The notes beneath the pieces are model-generated. The model worked only from the letters and a program-made list of their open reading frames with translations, had not been told where the DNA came from and did no database searches. From Yuukianura sp. NJ FZ-2021 (Eukaryota): 64,000 bases of DNA. Shown here piece after piece: positions 26,001-40,074 of the stretch (position 1 is its first letter; each line of letters opens with the position of its first letter). Position numbers and translations under genes: made by a program. The stretch is from positions 6,200,001 through 6,264,000 of the forward strand of contig CM102284.1 in assembly GCA_046563655.1 (NCBI GenBank). Reading direction: 5' to 3'.

Positions 26001-27669
26001 TTGAGATCACGCATTTCCACAGCACAAAAGAAAGAAACAAGATTCTCTAATGATCTTTTATGTTAAGTTGGCTTAGCTTTAAGGCTTTTAAGTTTTAAGT
26101 TTAAGCAACTCAAGTCAGAACAAAAGCACTGGTCATACTAATTTCTAAATTATAAAGTAGTGAAACAAAGTTTTTTAGTCAATGCAGCAAATTAGCTAAA
26201 CTTTCACGATTCATCAGCAGTGATGCTGGCAGAAGTCGTGAATTGGTTCAATCCAACAAGCTTTTTGTTGTTAATGCATTAAAACTTTCACTTCATCTTA
26301 ATCTATCTCAACTCTTAACTTATTAACAATTGACATCTCTCCAAAGAATGAAGATTTTCTAGTTTACATTTTCAGTCACCGTCTCATCAACCCAGTTTAA
26401 TGAAATGGAAATGATCTGTAGAAATCTTTTTATAGACTCGATTAATTGTTAAATTGTGCTTAAGGCGTTGTTTGCAAAGTTGTTTACGAAAGTGTTGGAT
26501 AAAAAGTCATGTATTTACAAAGTACAACGCCCTTAGGCAGGGAAATGTCATTTGATCTTGAGGTCATCATCATCCTCACCGTGTCATTTTAAGAGAGCGT
26601 GTCACTTTTTGTATACCACTCCCATTGTGAAAGTGAAAAGACGTTGTTAAAGTTTGAGTTACTACGTGATGGGCGCACTTTTGAGGTTTATGACACTTTA
26701 AACTGTCAAAAAATGAAGTCAAGTGTCACTGTCAAGTGTCTAGTCCAGTCGGTGACAAATGCTAAACTTTAATTAAAAAAATCTTAACGTTTAATCCTAT
26801 GCTTATATGCTCAAAATAGCATGAATTTGAATTTAATGGTTTTTAAACTTTTAATTAATACTTAAACTCCAGTTTAACTAAACTTTCAAAAAAGTTCATC
26901 AAACCTAATTTAAACTTTACTTTAGTTTCGCAAAATGCCTACATTGCGAGCGAGTGATCTTATAGAAATGCCGAAATTTCCTACTCACCTACCCCAAAAA
27001 ACAACAAACAAGGCTAAACCTTGTCAATATTGCATGTTTCATTGAACTTTTTCCAAATTTTGATAAAAATTCCAACCAATTGGAACAACTCAACTTGAAA
27101 ATTTCTAAATACTAGTAACAATTGGGATTACATAAAATGAATCCGAATTTGTCCACTGACCCAGAACAGTACTTTGGATGGACTAGACAAGGGAGATGCT
27201 CTTTCGCTATACTTTGAAATTTCTTAATAAGCAAGAGAATGTAGTGAATAATAATTGTAAATTGAAATGATTGAAGAAGAAGAGGACTGATGGAGTTGAA
27301 AACCAGGATATAAAAGCTACCGTTATTTTAACCTACATTTTTCCCCAAAGTTCAAATACCAGTCGAAGTAAAGTAGTGGACACGTAATGGACTTGGACAC
27401 TTTTTACCAGTGCTCAAAACAGGTTAGTAAGGAATCAAGGAACGTCGAGAAAATAATGTATCTTGCCCCCTGCTCTCTTCTTCTTCATCATTTCCATTCA
27501 AACTTTTGGCCCAATTCCACAATTGGCACAAACAACAATCCAAATCCAATGTCAATGGACTGAATTCAGTCACATGACCTTCATAACTAACATCTCGGTA
27601 TAATATAAATTAAACTATGAAATTGAAATATGAATCATCACTTACCAAAAAACTTCTCCAAGGATCCAT
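20100..27669 (-). CDS. Large (~1,600 aa) secreted Pro/Gln-rich low-complexity protein, function unknown
   Basis: 8 phase-consistent GT-AG exons: 27646-27669 (MDPWRSFL), ~25059-25451, ~23479-24878, ~23034-23387, ~22720-22945, ~22293-22633, ~20514-22231, 20100-20420. The spliced N-terminus MDPWRSFLVLVLHLLFVVELIETN is signal-peptide-like, followed by poly-Pro and poly-Gln tracts with a few complex islands. Confidence 0.8.
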
Positions 27670-29479
27670 GGTGTTTAGGTATGCTCAAACTGGAACACTG
27701 GAAACAGAACACATCCGATTCCAAATCCAAACCGGGGTTGCGCTTGCGCCGAATGTCACTCAAATCCTAAAAGGTGACTGCAATCCAAAAATTCTGGAAC
27801 ACTTCAAAACGATTAATTCACAACAATTAACAATTAAACTAAAAATTCCAGCAAGTTCCAGTCGACAGGAGGAACGACGAACTCAAAACGTCGGCGGAAG
27901 TGTTTCGCTAGTTCTTGTGTGGTGACACTGTCAAGAACGTGACCCGTTCTGGGACAAGTTGTCACACAGGGTCCACGGTCCACTGGTCACTGATCCAAGT
28001 ATGTCCACTTGCAGTAGTCAAGTGATCAGTGACGAGAAGTCAGTTGTAGTCTCAAGGATGTGCCTTGGCTGACTGTGAGAGGAGTCAAGGGAAGATAAGA
28101 TTCAGAAGATGGGGATTCCGCATCTTCTTTTTCATCTTCGTAAGTAAGAGCTACTTGGAATTAGGTTTGAAACATGTTTAAGTTGACCCATAACGACCGA
28201 CTAAAAGGAAAACGAGTCCTTTTGGTCAGTCGATGATACCTAAGACCAAGTCACTAAGAACCCTCAGCATCTTTGATGCTGCTGATGCTGCTAAGCAAGT
28301 CAGTCATGAACATGATCAGCATTTGAAAACTTCCTCATTCAAGAACTCAATGCGTACTGATTAGGTTCAATCCCATGTAAACCCGCTTGTTTCGCTTATT
28401 AAAAATTTATAACTTAGGAATCTCCAACATCTCTAGTCACGCAATAACCTAACCTAAACTGAAAACATTGCTGAATTGTGCAACTTACTTACTAAAATTA
28501 TAGACCCTGTATGAATGGAAAGATGATTCCAAAAGATTTGGAATTGAGAACAACGAATTCTGCGAAAAATCCCTGAAAAATTCCTGCTTTTGCTAAAAAT
28601 CAAGAAAGGTGCAGCAAAAGTAAAATTTTTTTTAGAAATTCGGGTCAACATGACACGAATAGTGAGCAATTTTGAGACAAAATTTTAGCAGCATTTTTAG
28701 CTCTATGATGCGAAAATGCGAAAAAACATTTAAAAAATTTGGAAATTTTTGACTAAAACGGGATTTCGAAAAATTGAACTTTTTAAACTCATTTTTTATT
28801 TGTTGGCATAATGGATATAACTTAATAACTTGAATATTTTGGTTGCTTGTTTTCCTGTCACTGATTTCTGCGGTCTCTCGTCCCATGATTTCTTTTGAAA
28901 ACAAAAATCCTAAATAATCTAAGTTCAAAGTTAAATATACTTAAACTCATGTTTGATTTAGAATCAACTTAACAATAATGTTAACTTAAATTTAAAGGCA
29001 ATTTAAACAATTCTCGTTTTTTCTAATTCAAGAAATTCAAGTATAACTTGACCTTATACTTCTGTTTGTTTACGTGAAATCATACTGATTACTCATCATC
29101 ATCACATCATTCACCTAATCATTTTTGCTTTTTTACAAAAGTTTTTCGTTTTGATGAAAAAAGTGATACTAACTCATATGTGTCATTTAGCCAGTCATTT
29201 TTTCAGCGCAGACTTCAATTTTTTCGGGATTTAGAAAGTAATTTAGTAATTGAAGTCATCTGGGAGGAAGTTTTCCCAGACAGAAAGAAATCAGATCAAG
29301 TACTAAATGATTATTATCATGGATGCTTACCCAGCCGCAGTAGTCAGTATGTGTAGTAATTAGTATGATTCAAACAATCATCCATATTCTCATTCAATTA
29401 TCATCAACATCTTCTTAAAGTATTTATCGAGGATGAATTTTCTGTTTTCGGAGAGTTGGTGGTGGCAACTGGCAATTTT

Positions 29480-30478
<999 letters not shown>

Positions 30479-31034
30479 CCTTGATTTCAGTCTCTCAGCA
30501 CAGAAGCACTTACAGGGCTATAAGGGTATGTCCGAAACGGGTAACTGATGAGTAATTAACTAACTTTTAAGTTCAATTAACTTGTACTGTGGGAACGGGA
30601 AGAAGATGATGACGAGGTTTACGGAGACAGGATGACAAATACACTCACATGAAATGAACAAATGGGAGACGAACAAGGGGAGTATAGGGAGTTTTTCTTC
30701 GTGATTTATTTTATCAAAGCACCGTATATTCCTTATCTCACTTCACAGCGTAGTATTGGCACCTATTGGCAGGGGGAGAGAACTAAAAAGCACTAGACAA
30801 CTGCACCCACGTCATCGTAAATTGCTAAATTTTCGTATGTGCATTTATTGTTAATTGTAAACTGTAGTTAACTTCAATTTAAACAATGTAATTCATGAAA
30901 GTTGTTAAAGTTATGAACATTTATTCCTTATAGTGAAGAATCCACTGTAATTTTAACAATGTAATTAAACTCCTTCCACTTGTAATCCTCGGTCCCTGTT
31001 TGACCTGGAGGAACTATTAGCTTGTAATCATCTC

Positions 31035-32202
31035 TTAGGCTGGTAACTGCAATTTCTTTCCTTTCAAAACTGAAAACAAAGAAACATGATTTAATTTAGT
31101 AATCGATTTTAGAAAGTAAATTATTCATGAAAGTTCAAGCAAGGCTAATTGACGTACCTCGTGTTACATATAAATAAAAGAAATCACAATAGAGGACTGT
31201 CTGTACAATGCCACTGATGATGGCAATCAGATCGTAGTAGGATTCCATGTAGTATCGATAGATCCAGTTCAGGATGTAAAGAACTAAAATTCAAATTCAA
31301 TCACAACAATGAAAGATCTCCTTCTCCGTAAATATTTCGTTAAATAAATCAGTGTAATTCTTACATCTGTAGGATCCGAGGGCAAATAAATAGTGGCTCG
31401 TAATCGTTTCCGCTTCTCCTGTCTTATTAATCATGAATAACTGAGGCAAAATTGCAACCGATTCCAAGTAGATGCTCCAAGTCCACAAAACCTAAACGTC
31501 AAACGATGAACGTTCATGTAGAATTCGAACTAATCAGATTCCTCATCAAATTGTCAATTAGCTTACTTCCAAAATCGTAAACTCATGATTGAGAATCAGT
31601 GCCAACAGAGTAACCGGGACCAGAAGGAATTCAACCCTGCAGTAACAAACATTATTAGAAAGTTGTTCAGTCTCAAGGTCACCATCTTTAGAAACTGTTA
31701 TCGTCATCCACTTACCGCAGAGTGTCGTGATTTGAGTCGTAGGTGGCCTTGAACTTGAAATAAATAAAATAGAGGGTAAGGTAGCTGGCAGCGATGAAGG
31801 TCACTTTCATCACTGTGTTGTAAAGTGAGATGTAGCTCGTGACTAAATCCAGATACCGGGCGGTGTACGTAAGAGCAAAAAGTAACTGACTCTTCCCCGA
31901 AATTCCTGCAATAAGAAAGTAAACAAACCGAAAACGTCATTTTAATCAAATACATACCACATAGGCAATGTTTCCCAACCGCTATCGTGTCAATTACCGT
32001 TCTATCATATTTCCCAATTGCAAAAATACCAATTACTCCACAATTATGATAACGTTAACCGGCTAATCTTAGAAACTGCTGTCATCATCACCTGTCTTCA
32101 AGTTTACTTACCCGCACAACTTCGTGTCTTCCATATTTTGAGGAGCAGGATGAAGATAGCACCCAAATGGGCCAAATCTCCCACCAATCGAAAGATATTC
32201 AT
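31035..32202 (-). CDS. KDELR: ER lumen protein-retaining (KDEL) receptor
   Basis: 6 exons. [100 protein letters not shown]. Confidence 0.97.
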
Positions 32203-33174
32203 GGTGACCTCTTACTGACCCGTATCTCGTCCTGGAAACAAAAGTACTTGTCAATTTAGTCCGGTCGTCACCTTACCGAAAAGACCACAAAAAAGTAAAG
32301 TGTGCAAATTCCCCTTTGTTTTGTCGTGGAGGTGCTCTTTTGCTGGATATAAATGTTGAGTTTTTTCAGTCTGGCTACGTGGCCACGCAGGCGCATCTTT
32401 CTTCGTCGAATGTCAAATTCAAATGCAAATAAATTCCATCACGTTAAAATCTCACAGACAAGTGCACCACCCTTTCAAAAATAAAATGTCTTTTAGAAAC
32501 AATTTTTAACAATTTCAACAAAACTGCATTTGTACATAGTTTTGTTAAACATTTTTAAGTGACAAAACATGTAATTGACAGTAAACGATTTTTATTAATG
32601 TAGAAAAGTTTTCAATATTGATGAGTTTGATCACTAAATTTTTTGTTTTTTTGGTGAAAACGTTTTGACAGGAAGTGGAAGCACTAAACTGCTGAAGCAG
32701 TTTCTACTTAAACTATTGTTCTCTTTCTAGCAATTAGATTGCAAAAATGGAATTGAATACAAAAGATTTCCTGCAAATCTACAAAAAGTTTATCGTTATT
32801 GCTTACGTTGCATTTTTCATCGACTTGTTTTCTATCGTTTTACAATTAATTTACACCTAAAATTGTTAATTACCAAAAAGGGAAAGGCAAAGGAGTCTCA
32901 CGTCATTTTCCGTATTAATACAAAAACGAAAGTGGTGGTATTCTAAATCTAAGCTTATACTTTTCTTAAGGTTTTTAGTTATTTTGAGATTAAGTTTGGT
33001 AACTTGTGCAATACTTTTGCAGTTGTTAAATACTTTATAAGTTGTGGAGTTACAATTAGTTAAAACTAAATCGGTGGAGAACAAGTAAATTGCTGCATAG
33101 CCTCTGCTGTGCTTCTTGGATATCAATCCGACTTTAGACGAAATACATGGAGGTCACGGAGTCTTTCTTGAAGA

Positions 33175-34621
33175 TCATATTGATTGATAACTTGTGAAAG
33201 GCTGATGCCTTGAAGAAATCCTAAATTAACACACAAATTAACATATTAGCACAGTGTTATGAATCATAATGCATTTGGGTCAAGTTGGAATGCGTCTAGC
33301 ATAAGAATCGGGAGTTATGTCACGCTTAATACTTTAAACCTTGCAATTAAAATTTTGACAAGATTTGCGAAGTTGGCAACAACGATGCCAAAGTTCAAAC
33401 AGAAACGATTTTGCTTTTGAATAAACAAAGAACTAATCAAAATGGTTCCGATTTTTGCAAATTTCCTCAGGAATGTGAAATTATTTGTTCTTATCAGTGC
33501 AGTAGTGCAAAATCGAGCGGCGCGTTTGCAAAATTTCACATGTGATTACTTTGCTAGGCGTTTGCGCAGTTCATTTTTGAACAAAGGATGGGCATCGAAT
33601 TATTTGCGCACTATTCAAAACGGAAGCTTGTGCGGAACTTTTTGTCTAACCAATTTGTTTACATTTGGAATCGTGAAATTTTTGGAATTTGCTGATTCGA
33701 ATTCGATTTTTCTGCTAGCATATTGCAGATAGTCGTTCTTGGTGGGGTTTAGTTAGTACGCACAGAACTAAGGGAAAGCGAGGTCAGAGGTCAGAAGATC
33801 ATCGAAGACTTACTGCTGATGTAGCTGCTGATATGTCGGTGTTGTGAACTTGGAAGTACTGAAGTAAAAAATTAGGAAAATAATAAATAAGATTAGTATA
33901 ACGACAGTTGACGTAATCCCGGCTTGCTCTAATAACTCCCGACGTCTCGACGCTGAAACAGGAACAAATCACAACGTGAGTAATCTCTAGTAAGCGATTT
34001 CTCACTTTCAAGTTAAGAATGTACTGATTTTGTTTTTCTTACGTATATAGGATCCATCCAAATCCTTGAACTCACATCGCTGACCCATGTACCCGTCGGA
34101 ACATCTGAAAAGTCACAGAAGGAATGTCAGACTTATCTTATTCTCAAGGTACTTCCTCAAGTAAGGTCAGTTTCACTTTCAATCTCTGACGTTTCTATTG
34201 TTTGTATGTTTATGGTAATTTTGTTTGTTTTACTTACTCGCAATTATAGAGAATGTTGGGACCAATCTTTATAGTAAAACAATTAGCACCGTTTAGACAA
34301 TACAACTCATTATATTCTGGTGGACATGTGTACGTCTGTATTGTTATATTAGGACGGACTGTGGAAGATTGGCTCGGTGGAAGGCGGGGCTTCGGCGTCG
34401 AGCGACTGGAACAGGCTTCTGGAAGTATCCAAAACAACATTCCGATTACATATCCATCAATCGACTTGAATTACCGAGTTAGGATGTCAACACTTGAATA
34501 ATTGAGTGATTTTCTGCCAAATAAGGTTATAGTACTCACCAGTCGTCGACATGAACTGAGGTAGGAGCAGTAGGAAGAAAAATAGATATTTTCTTTTTAT
34601 TTTCCAATTTATATAATTCAT
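33175..34621 (-). CDS. Spitz/Keren-type transmembrane EGF-receptor ligand (TGF-alpha-like)
   Basis: Exons ~34540-34621, ~34238-34418, ~34043-34104, ~33813-33952, 33175-33220. Signal peptide, then ACSSRSTPKPR (N-terminal Cys as in Spitz), RPNIT, an EGF domain CPPEYNELYCLNGANCF...YNCECSDGYMGQRCEFKDLDGSY, a juxtamembrane LLEQAGIT segment and a TM helix. The last exon is less certain. Confidence 0.9.
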
Positions 34622-36588
34622 TATTGCTTCCTTGAACTGTCTCACAGGAAAATTGCAGTCAGCTCTCCTGCGAAATCCAAAAATCAAACTGAAATTAATC
34701 ACTTCATCAATCTAAAGCTGATGATAATGAAGTAGTGGGCACATGAACACTGAAAATCTTCAACAATTCAACTTCTCAACAAGGATCGAGCTTTAAATGG
34801 ACAAAGACTAGACATGCTGTCGTTTTTCGCTCATTTCGAAATCAAATTGGTCATGTGTAGGAGGAAGGTTACAACTTAAACGTATTTACGGTAAGAAAAG
34901 AATACTTACTCAACGACACATGAACGACGACGTTTCCTTTACTTTACGATCCACTACGATTATTAGTCAAAACTTTCACAACTTCCACATCAACAAACCA
35001 ACAACTATTACGGTAACTTCAATCATACTCATCACAATATTTTTCTTTTAGGACAAGGAGATTTGCTGTGTGCTAGTACGGCTGCCTGCTAGTACTTAAA
35101 ATCTCCAACTGTACCTCGTCAGTCTCATGGAATCAAAGTCCTGTAGTACGTCAAAAGTCTTTTTCTCATGGCCCATTTCGGAACCTGTCAAATAACTTTC
35201 TTCAACTCCAAATTCTTCCAAGAATGTGCTTGCTGGGGAGTGAGAAAAAAGGATCAAAAGATGTTGGTCAATTCCCACTTTCCTTTGAAAGTACTTTGAA
35301 GAGGGTCCAGTACGAAGAAGCCGCCTTTGGGAACACCACTAAAAACTTGAAATTCCTCAACGACCTCTCCAAAAACACTACTGATCTCGTAAGGAATTTT
35401 TCCGTATTTCCACCACTTTATTCCCAGGATCCTACGGGAAGGAGCACAATAGGCGAAGTGAAAAGACTTTTAATATTTTTTCTTCTGGGTGTGTTTAGGT
35501 GTATAGTGGAGCTACTAAAAACCTGGGAGGCTTTCGAGAAGTGGAGAGTCCTTATTCCTTTCGGTGTTTTGTTGTGACTATTGAGAGAAGGTATGGATTA
35601 GTTTCTGGGAAAGAAGACGACGAGGACGACCAGGATTTTTGGGGATGATGAACAGAAAAGGCACAGAAGAATAGAAGCTAGTAGTAGGGGAAATGAAGTT
35701 TAACAGAGCAGTAGAAGCAGAGGGATAATCATTGGAGTACAGCGAGAGAGCGAGTGGCGGCGGAAGCCTTTCTACGACTAGTAACGCTACTCCACGAACA
35801 CCACAAAATCAAGCATCAAGAGTTACTAAAGAGTAGTGTACTACCTTCTGCTGTCTCCTTCCTGAATCCTGCTGAAACTTTGAAAGTTATACAACTCGAG
35901 AGACCATATGCATAGCAGACTGGGCCAACTTAGACTTACTACTACCGTCAGCAGCATCAGCACACAGCACTTCACTTACACTTTGGACTAATCCCCCTCA
36001 AATCCAGGTGTTTTGGCCTGTTTTTTCATCACACATTGGCCACTACTGCTCAAAGTCTGTCCAACAACGCTCGAGCCGACAAGGAACTTTTCAGGGTCTA
36101 CAAAAAACAATGATTCCATTCCAGAACTTAATACCAAAATCCCATGCATCACCAGAGACAGACTCCCCATAATGCTTTTTTTTATTATTTCAGATCCTGA
36201 ACCAACCTGAGAGTCGGTCCTACCTGAACGACGAAGTACTACATAAATGGCCCCTAAAACTTGCCGAAGAACACGCAATTCTCCGATTTACTATTGCAGT
36301 CTTCAGTCCAATATCGATCTACACTTCTTTCACCTTTTCGACGAGGCGAGACATACTACTATCAAAAGTGCAAAAAAAAGTTATTGGGAAAATTTTAGAG
36401 GCCAAGTCAGGTCGTTTACCGGCTCGCTCAAGCTTCCTATCGTCGTCGTCATCGTCACTCTTTACTCCAAAATGACTCCACAACTTTACTACGCCTCTAC
36501 GCTGAGAACAGTTTTACTGCTTCCGCTATGAACTCAACTTAATCGAAGTCTGGACAGCATTATGCTCTTTAACCCCAACTCTGCTTTT

Positions 36589-36649
36589 TGACCAGCAGCA
36601 GCATTTGAATTCCAACACTTTCTGACCAGCAGCATTTCGAATTCCAACA
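36589..36649. repeat. Short tandem duplication (TGACCAGCAGC...ATTT(C)GAATTCCAACA x2)
   Basis: Two adjacent near-identical ~30-bp copies read directly. Confidence 0.7.
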
Positions 36650-38325
36650 TTTTCTTCGGAAAACTTTTACTTTTGAAGCAGAAAAGCTTTGAAACGGATT
36701 TTCTCTGGGGAATAATCGGATCCCTTCCGGGATCGGGGGAGTCCTTAGTTCCTACTTCCCGTTTTTTTGGCCGTCGTCGCCTTACCTATGGTCACCAGAT
36801 GCTGTAGCAGCTTTTAAAAGGAACAAAAAAGCGTCATTATGCTCCGGCACGCGGCCCCTGGCACACGACAACACCAGCAGAAGACCAACACATCTTCAAG
36901 AAATGTAAACTGAGATTCCATCTGTCTAGAATTCTGAAGGCGGATTCGAAGGGCTCCTCAGCCTTATGTGATCCCTTAAAAGTTTAAGGCCCCACTTTAT
37001 TCTAGGAAGATGCAGCAGCTTGAACAATTGAAACAAAAAACAAAGTACAACCAGCACGTCCCTTCCTCAATCCTTTAACGTTTGACTCAAAAACACAAAA
37101 GATTTTGGCAGCTTGTTACTGGCTAGAATAATGACCAAAAACGTTAGAAAAGTTTGTATTTTTCAAATTTCATACAAATTCTAACATTTTGTAACTAGTT
37201 TTTGTAAAGTTTCAGCGTTTGCTCAATTCCTTCTAAAGTTAGTTACTAAACTTCTTGTCAGTTTTGAAACTTTGTACAAATTCTTGTAAAGCTTCTCGCT
37301 TTTCTCTTATTTCTCAAGCAGAATACTGTGTTCATCGCTATAAAAACTCGTGGTAATTATTTATACAAATCGTAAACTCCAATTTGTTAAAATCAATACA
37401 AAAGAAATAATTGAAATAGAGAAAGTTTTCGATTAATAAAAACAGAAGGTAAAAACAGCAAGGTCAATTCAGTTTGCTTAAAAATTTTGAAAAGAGTTTT
37501 AGAATTTGGGAATTTTTCACAATTGGAATCTCGACAAAAGTGAAATTTTTATTGCTACAACCAGACGCCACTTAAAAAATTATTCATTTCATTCCAGAAC
37601 TAAAAGCCAAACTTAGCAACAAAGAAATTAAATAATTTTAATACGGCGAGAAAATGCAGCAGAAAAACTAAAATAAAATCAAAAGTTTCTTCTTTCTGTT
37701 TCAAAATTTTTCGTCTGCGCTGCGGTTCTGGGGCATGATGTTATGCATCTTCACTGGAGATACGAAATAGTAGAAACCTAGAAGAAATTTCAAAATTTGA
37801 AACAATTTTGGAGGTGCGTTTTTTGCTATAGTTATTGAACCAAGTTATGTGAAATACTGTCCTGTAATTTGAACATGAATATGTATTTGCAGAAATCCCA
37901 ACAGACTACAAATTTTTAAAATTTTCTAAAATTGAAATTGAAATTCTAATAGAAATTCAGGCGTTTTCCCAAAAACTTCGTACAATTTCAATTCAAATTA
38001 GAACAAACTGTCCTGCAAACTGTATTACATTGTGAAGATTCTTTGGAACTTCGAAATTTTGTTTTCTAAAAAATTTTACCCGAACCAACTCCCAGCTCCA
38101 GTATGCGAATGAGTCCTCTGTTTCTGAGGTCAACCACTCCGGATTGAATGTCATCCAGGTCATGGAAAAGTGCTGCTTTGATAGCTTCTGTCTGCTTGTC
38201 ATACTCTTTACTCGATTTCATTTTCAGGTGATTCAAGAAAAAAGAGAAATACTTGAAAAATCAATCTTTTAAAATAAGTGAAACAACAAACAACCCCTAT
38301 GCATAGAGCAGGGATTTTTTCAAAA

Positions 38326-38906
38326 GGCTTTGGGCCAAAACCCTATCAAAACGGTACCCGGTGCGATTCGAGTGAAATTTTTACCAGTTGTTAGGGTCTA
38401 CGTTGGGGTCATTTGTGCAAATTTTCAGCCCCCTAGAAACGATAGGTCACGGGCCACAGGGGGTCAAAGGTCACCATGTCATCCTATGACGACCCTATGC
38501 AAGTAGTATATCGTTCGAAAGGGCTTGACCTCACGATTCTGAAAATGTATATATGTTGCTGTCTATGACGCAAGACAGCTAAATTATGTCGCAGTCACTT
38601 ATTGGAACTCGATAGAGAATACGAGGTTAATGATTAAAGTCGCAGTAACTTCGTCGTCTTGCGTCATAGATAGCAACATATATACATTTTCAGAATCAGG
38701 AGGTCAAGCCCTTTCCAACGATATACTACTTGCATGGGGTCGTCATAGGATGACATGGTGACCTTTGACCCCCTGTGGCCCGTGACCTATCGTTTCTAGG
38801 GGGCTGAAAATTTGCACAAATGACCCCACCGTAGATCCTAGCAACTGGTAAAAATTTCACTCGAATCGCACCGGGTACCGTTTTGATAGGGTTTTGGCCC
38901 AAAGCC
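38326..38906. mobile_element. Non-autonomous DNA transposon (MITE), 581 bp, ~251-bp terminal inverted repeats
   Basis: Left TIR 38326-38576 (GGCTTTGGGCCAAAACCCTATC...GACGCAAGAC) and right TIR 38656-38906 (GTCTTGCGTC...GATAGGGTTTTGGCCCAAAGCC) with few mismatches and a 79-bp spacer. TSD not resolved (AA on both sides). Confidence 0.9.
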
Positions 38907-39279
38907 AATTACAAAATTTCGAAAGTACGCTTTTTGCAAAATTTTGGCGCCAAATTATATGAAATACTGTTCTGCAACTTGAACCGGTCGATGGAGTTGC
39001 AGAAATTGCAACAAAGTGCAAATTTTTAGAATTTCCTAAAATGGGAATGGTGCATGTGTTTTTGGAAGTTTTTGAAGAGTCTTTTACATGGGAGGCCTTC
39101 GACAGAGGCAAAAAGTAGATCGGAGATTATACGAAGCGAAGAGGCGAGATAGGTCTTTTGCTCTTGTGTACTTTTTGTATTGGGAGGCCGCCAGCGGGAG
39201 AAAAGTTGAGAAAGGAGAGGAGCCTTTTTGGTTCGCCTAATCTCCGCGTAGCTCCGGACACTTTTTCAGAGGACTTTCC

Positions 39280-40074
39280 GGTTGAAGTAAACTTGGGCCC
39301 CCCGCCTGTCCCCACCCGTTCAAATTTTCGCGCTGCTTCCATTGTCCCCACCCAGTGTCCCCACCAAGTGGGTACATTTGTCCCCACTCGGTGGGGACAA
39401 AAGTGTACCCACCAGCCTTACACCGACTCCCCCTAGCGGCCGAAGTGGAACTAGCGAATTCGAGCTGGCAACGTCGTACCGTTGCTCCATTGCCCCCACC
39501 CAGTGCACCGGAGAATAAATATAGTGAGACTAAGTCAGAAAAACCTACAGAGAAAATCACTGTTGTAGGACAATCAGCGAAACCTACAGACATAGTCACT
39601 ATTGAATGCTTAACCAAACCTAACGCCGCGCCTTCGGCGCGGAAACTGCATTGTCACAAGAAGTTTCGTGCTGAAACTACACAAAGAAGTTTCTTTGCAG
39701 TTTCCGCGCCGAAGGCGCGGCGTTAGGTTTGGTAAAGCACGCAATAGTGATTACGTCTGTAGGTTTGGTTGACTAAAAGTCTCGCAATAGTGATTAAGTG
39801 TGTAAGTTTGTCTGAATGAGCCTCGCTATATTGATTACATGTGCCCTAGTCCCTAGTGGCCTTTTCTACAGCGGGTTTTTTACATTGAAGCAACACTACA
39901 ACGTTGCCAGCTCGAATTCGTTAGTTCGACACCAACCGCTAGGGGGAGTCGTTGTTTAAGGCTGGTGGGGACACATTTGTCCCCACCAAGTGGGGACACT
40001 GGGTGGGGACAATGGAAGCAGCGCGAAAATTTGAACGGGTGGGGACAGGCGGGGGGCCCAAGTTTACTTCAACC
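39280..40074. mobile_element. Non-autonomous DNA transposon (MITE), 795 bp, almost fully palindromic, 8-bp TSD GACTTTCC
   Basis: Termini GGTTGAAGTAAACTTGGGCCCCC...GGGGGCCCAAGTTTACTTCAACC, flanked by GACTTTCC at 39272-39279 and 40075-40082. The arms remain complementary to the centre (~39650-39695). Confidence 0.92.

Noticed and set aside
39127-39726. Overlapping ORFs inside the MITE as a possible transposase
   Set aside because: They are short, lack DDE motifs, and result from GC-rich palindromic sequence.
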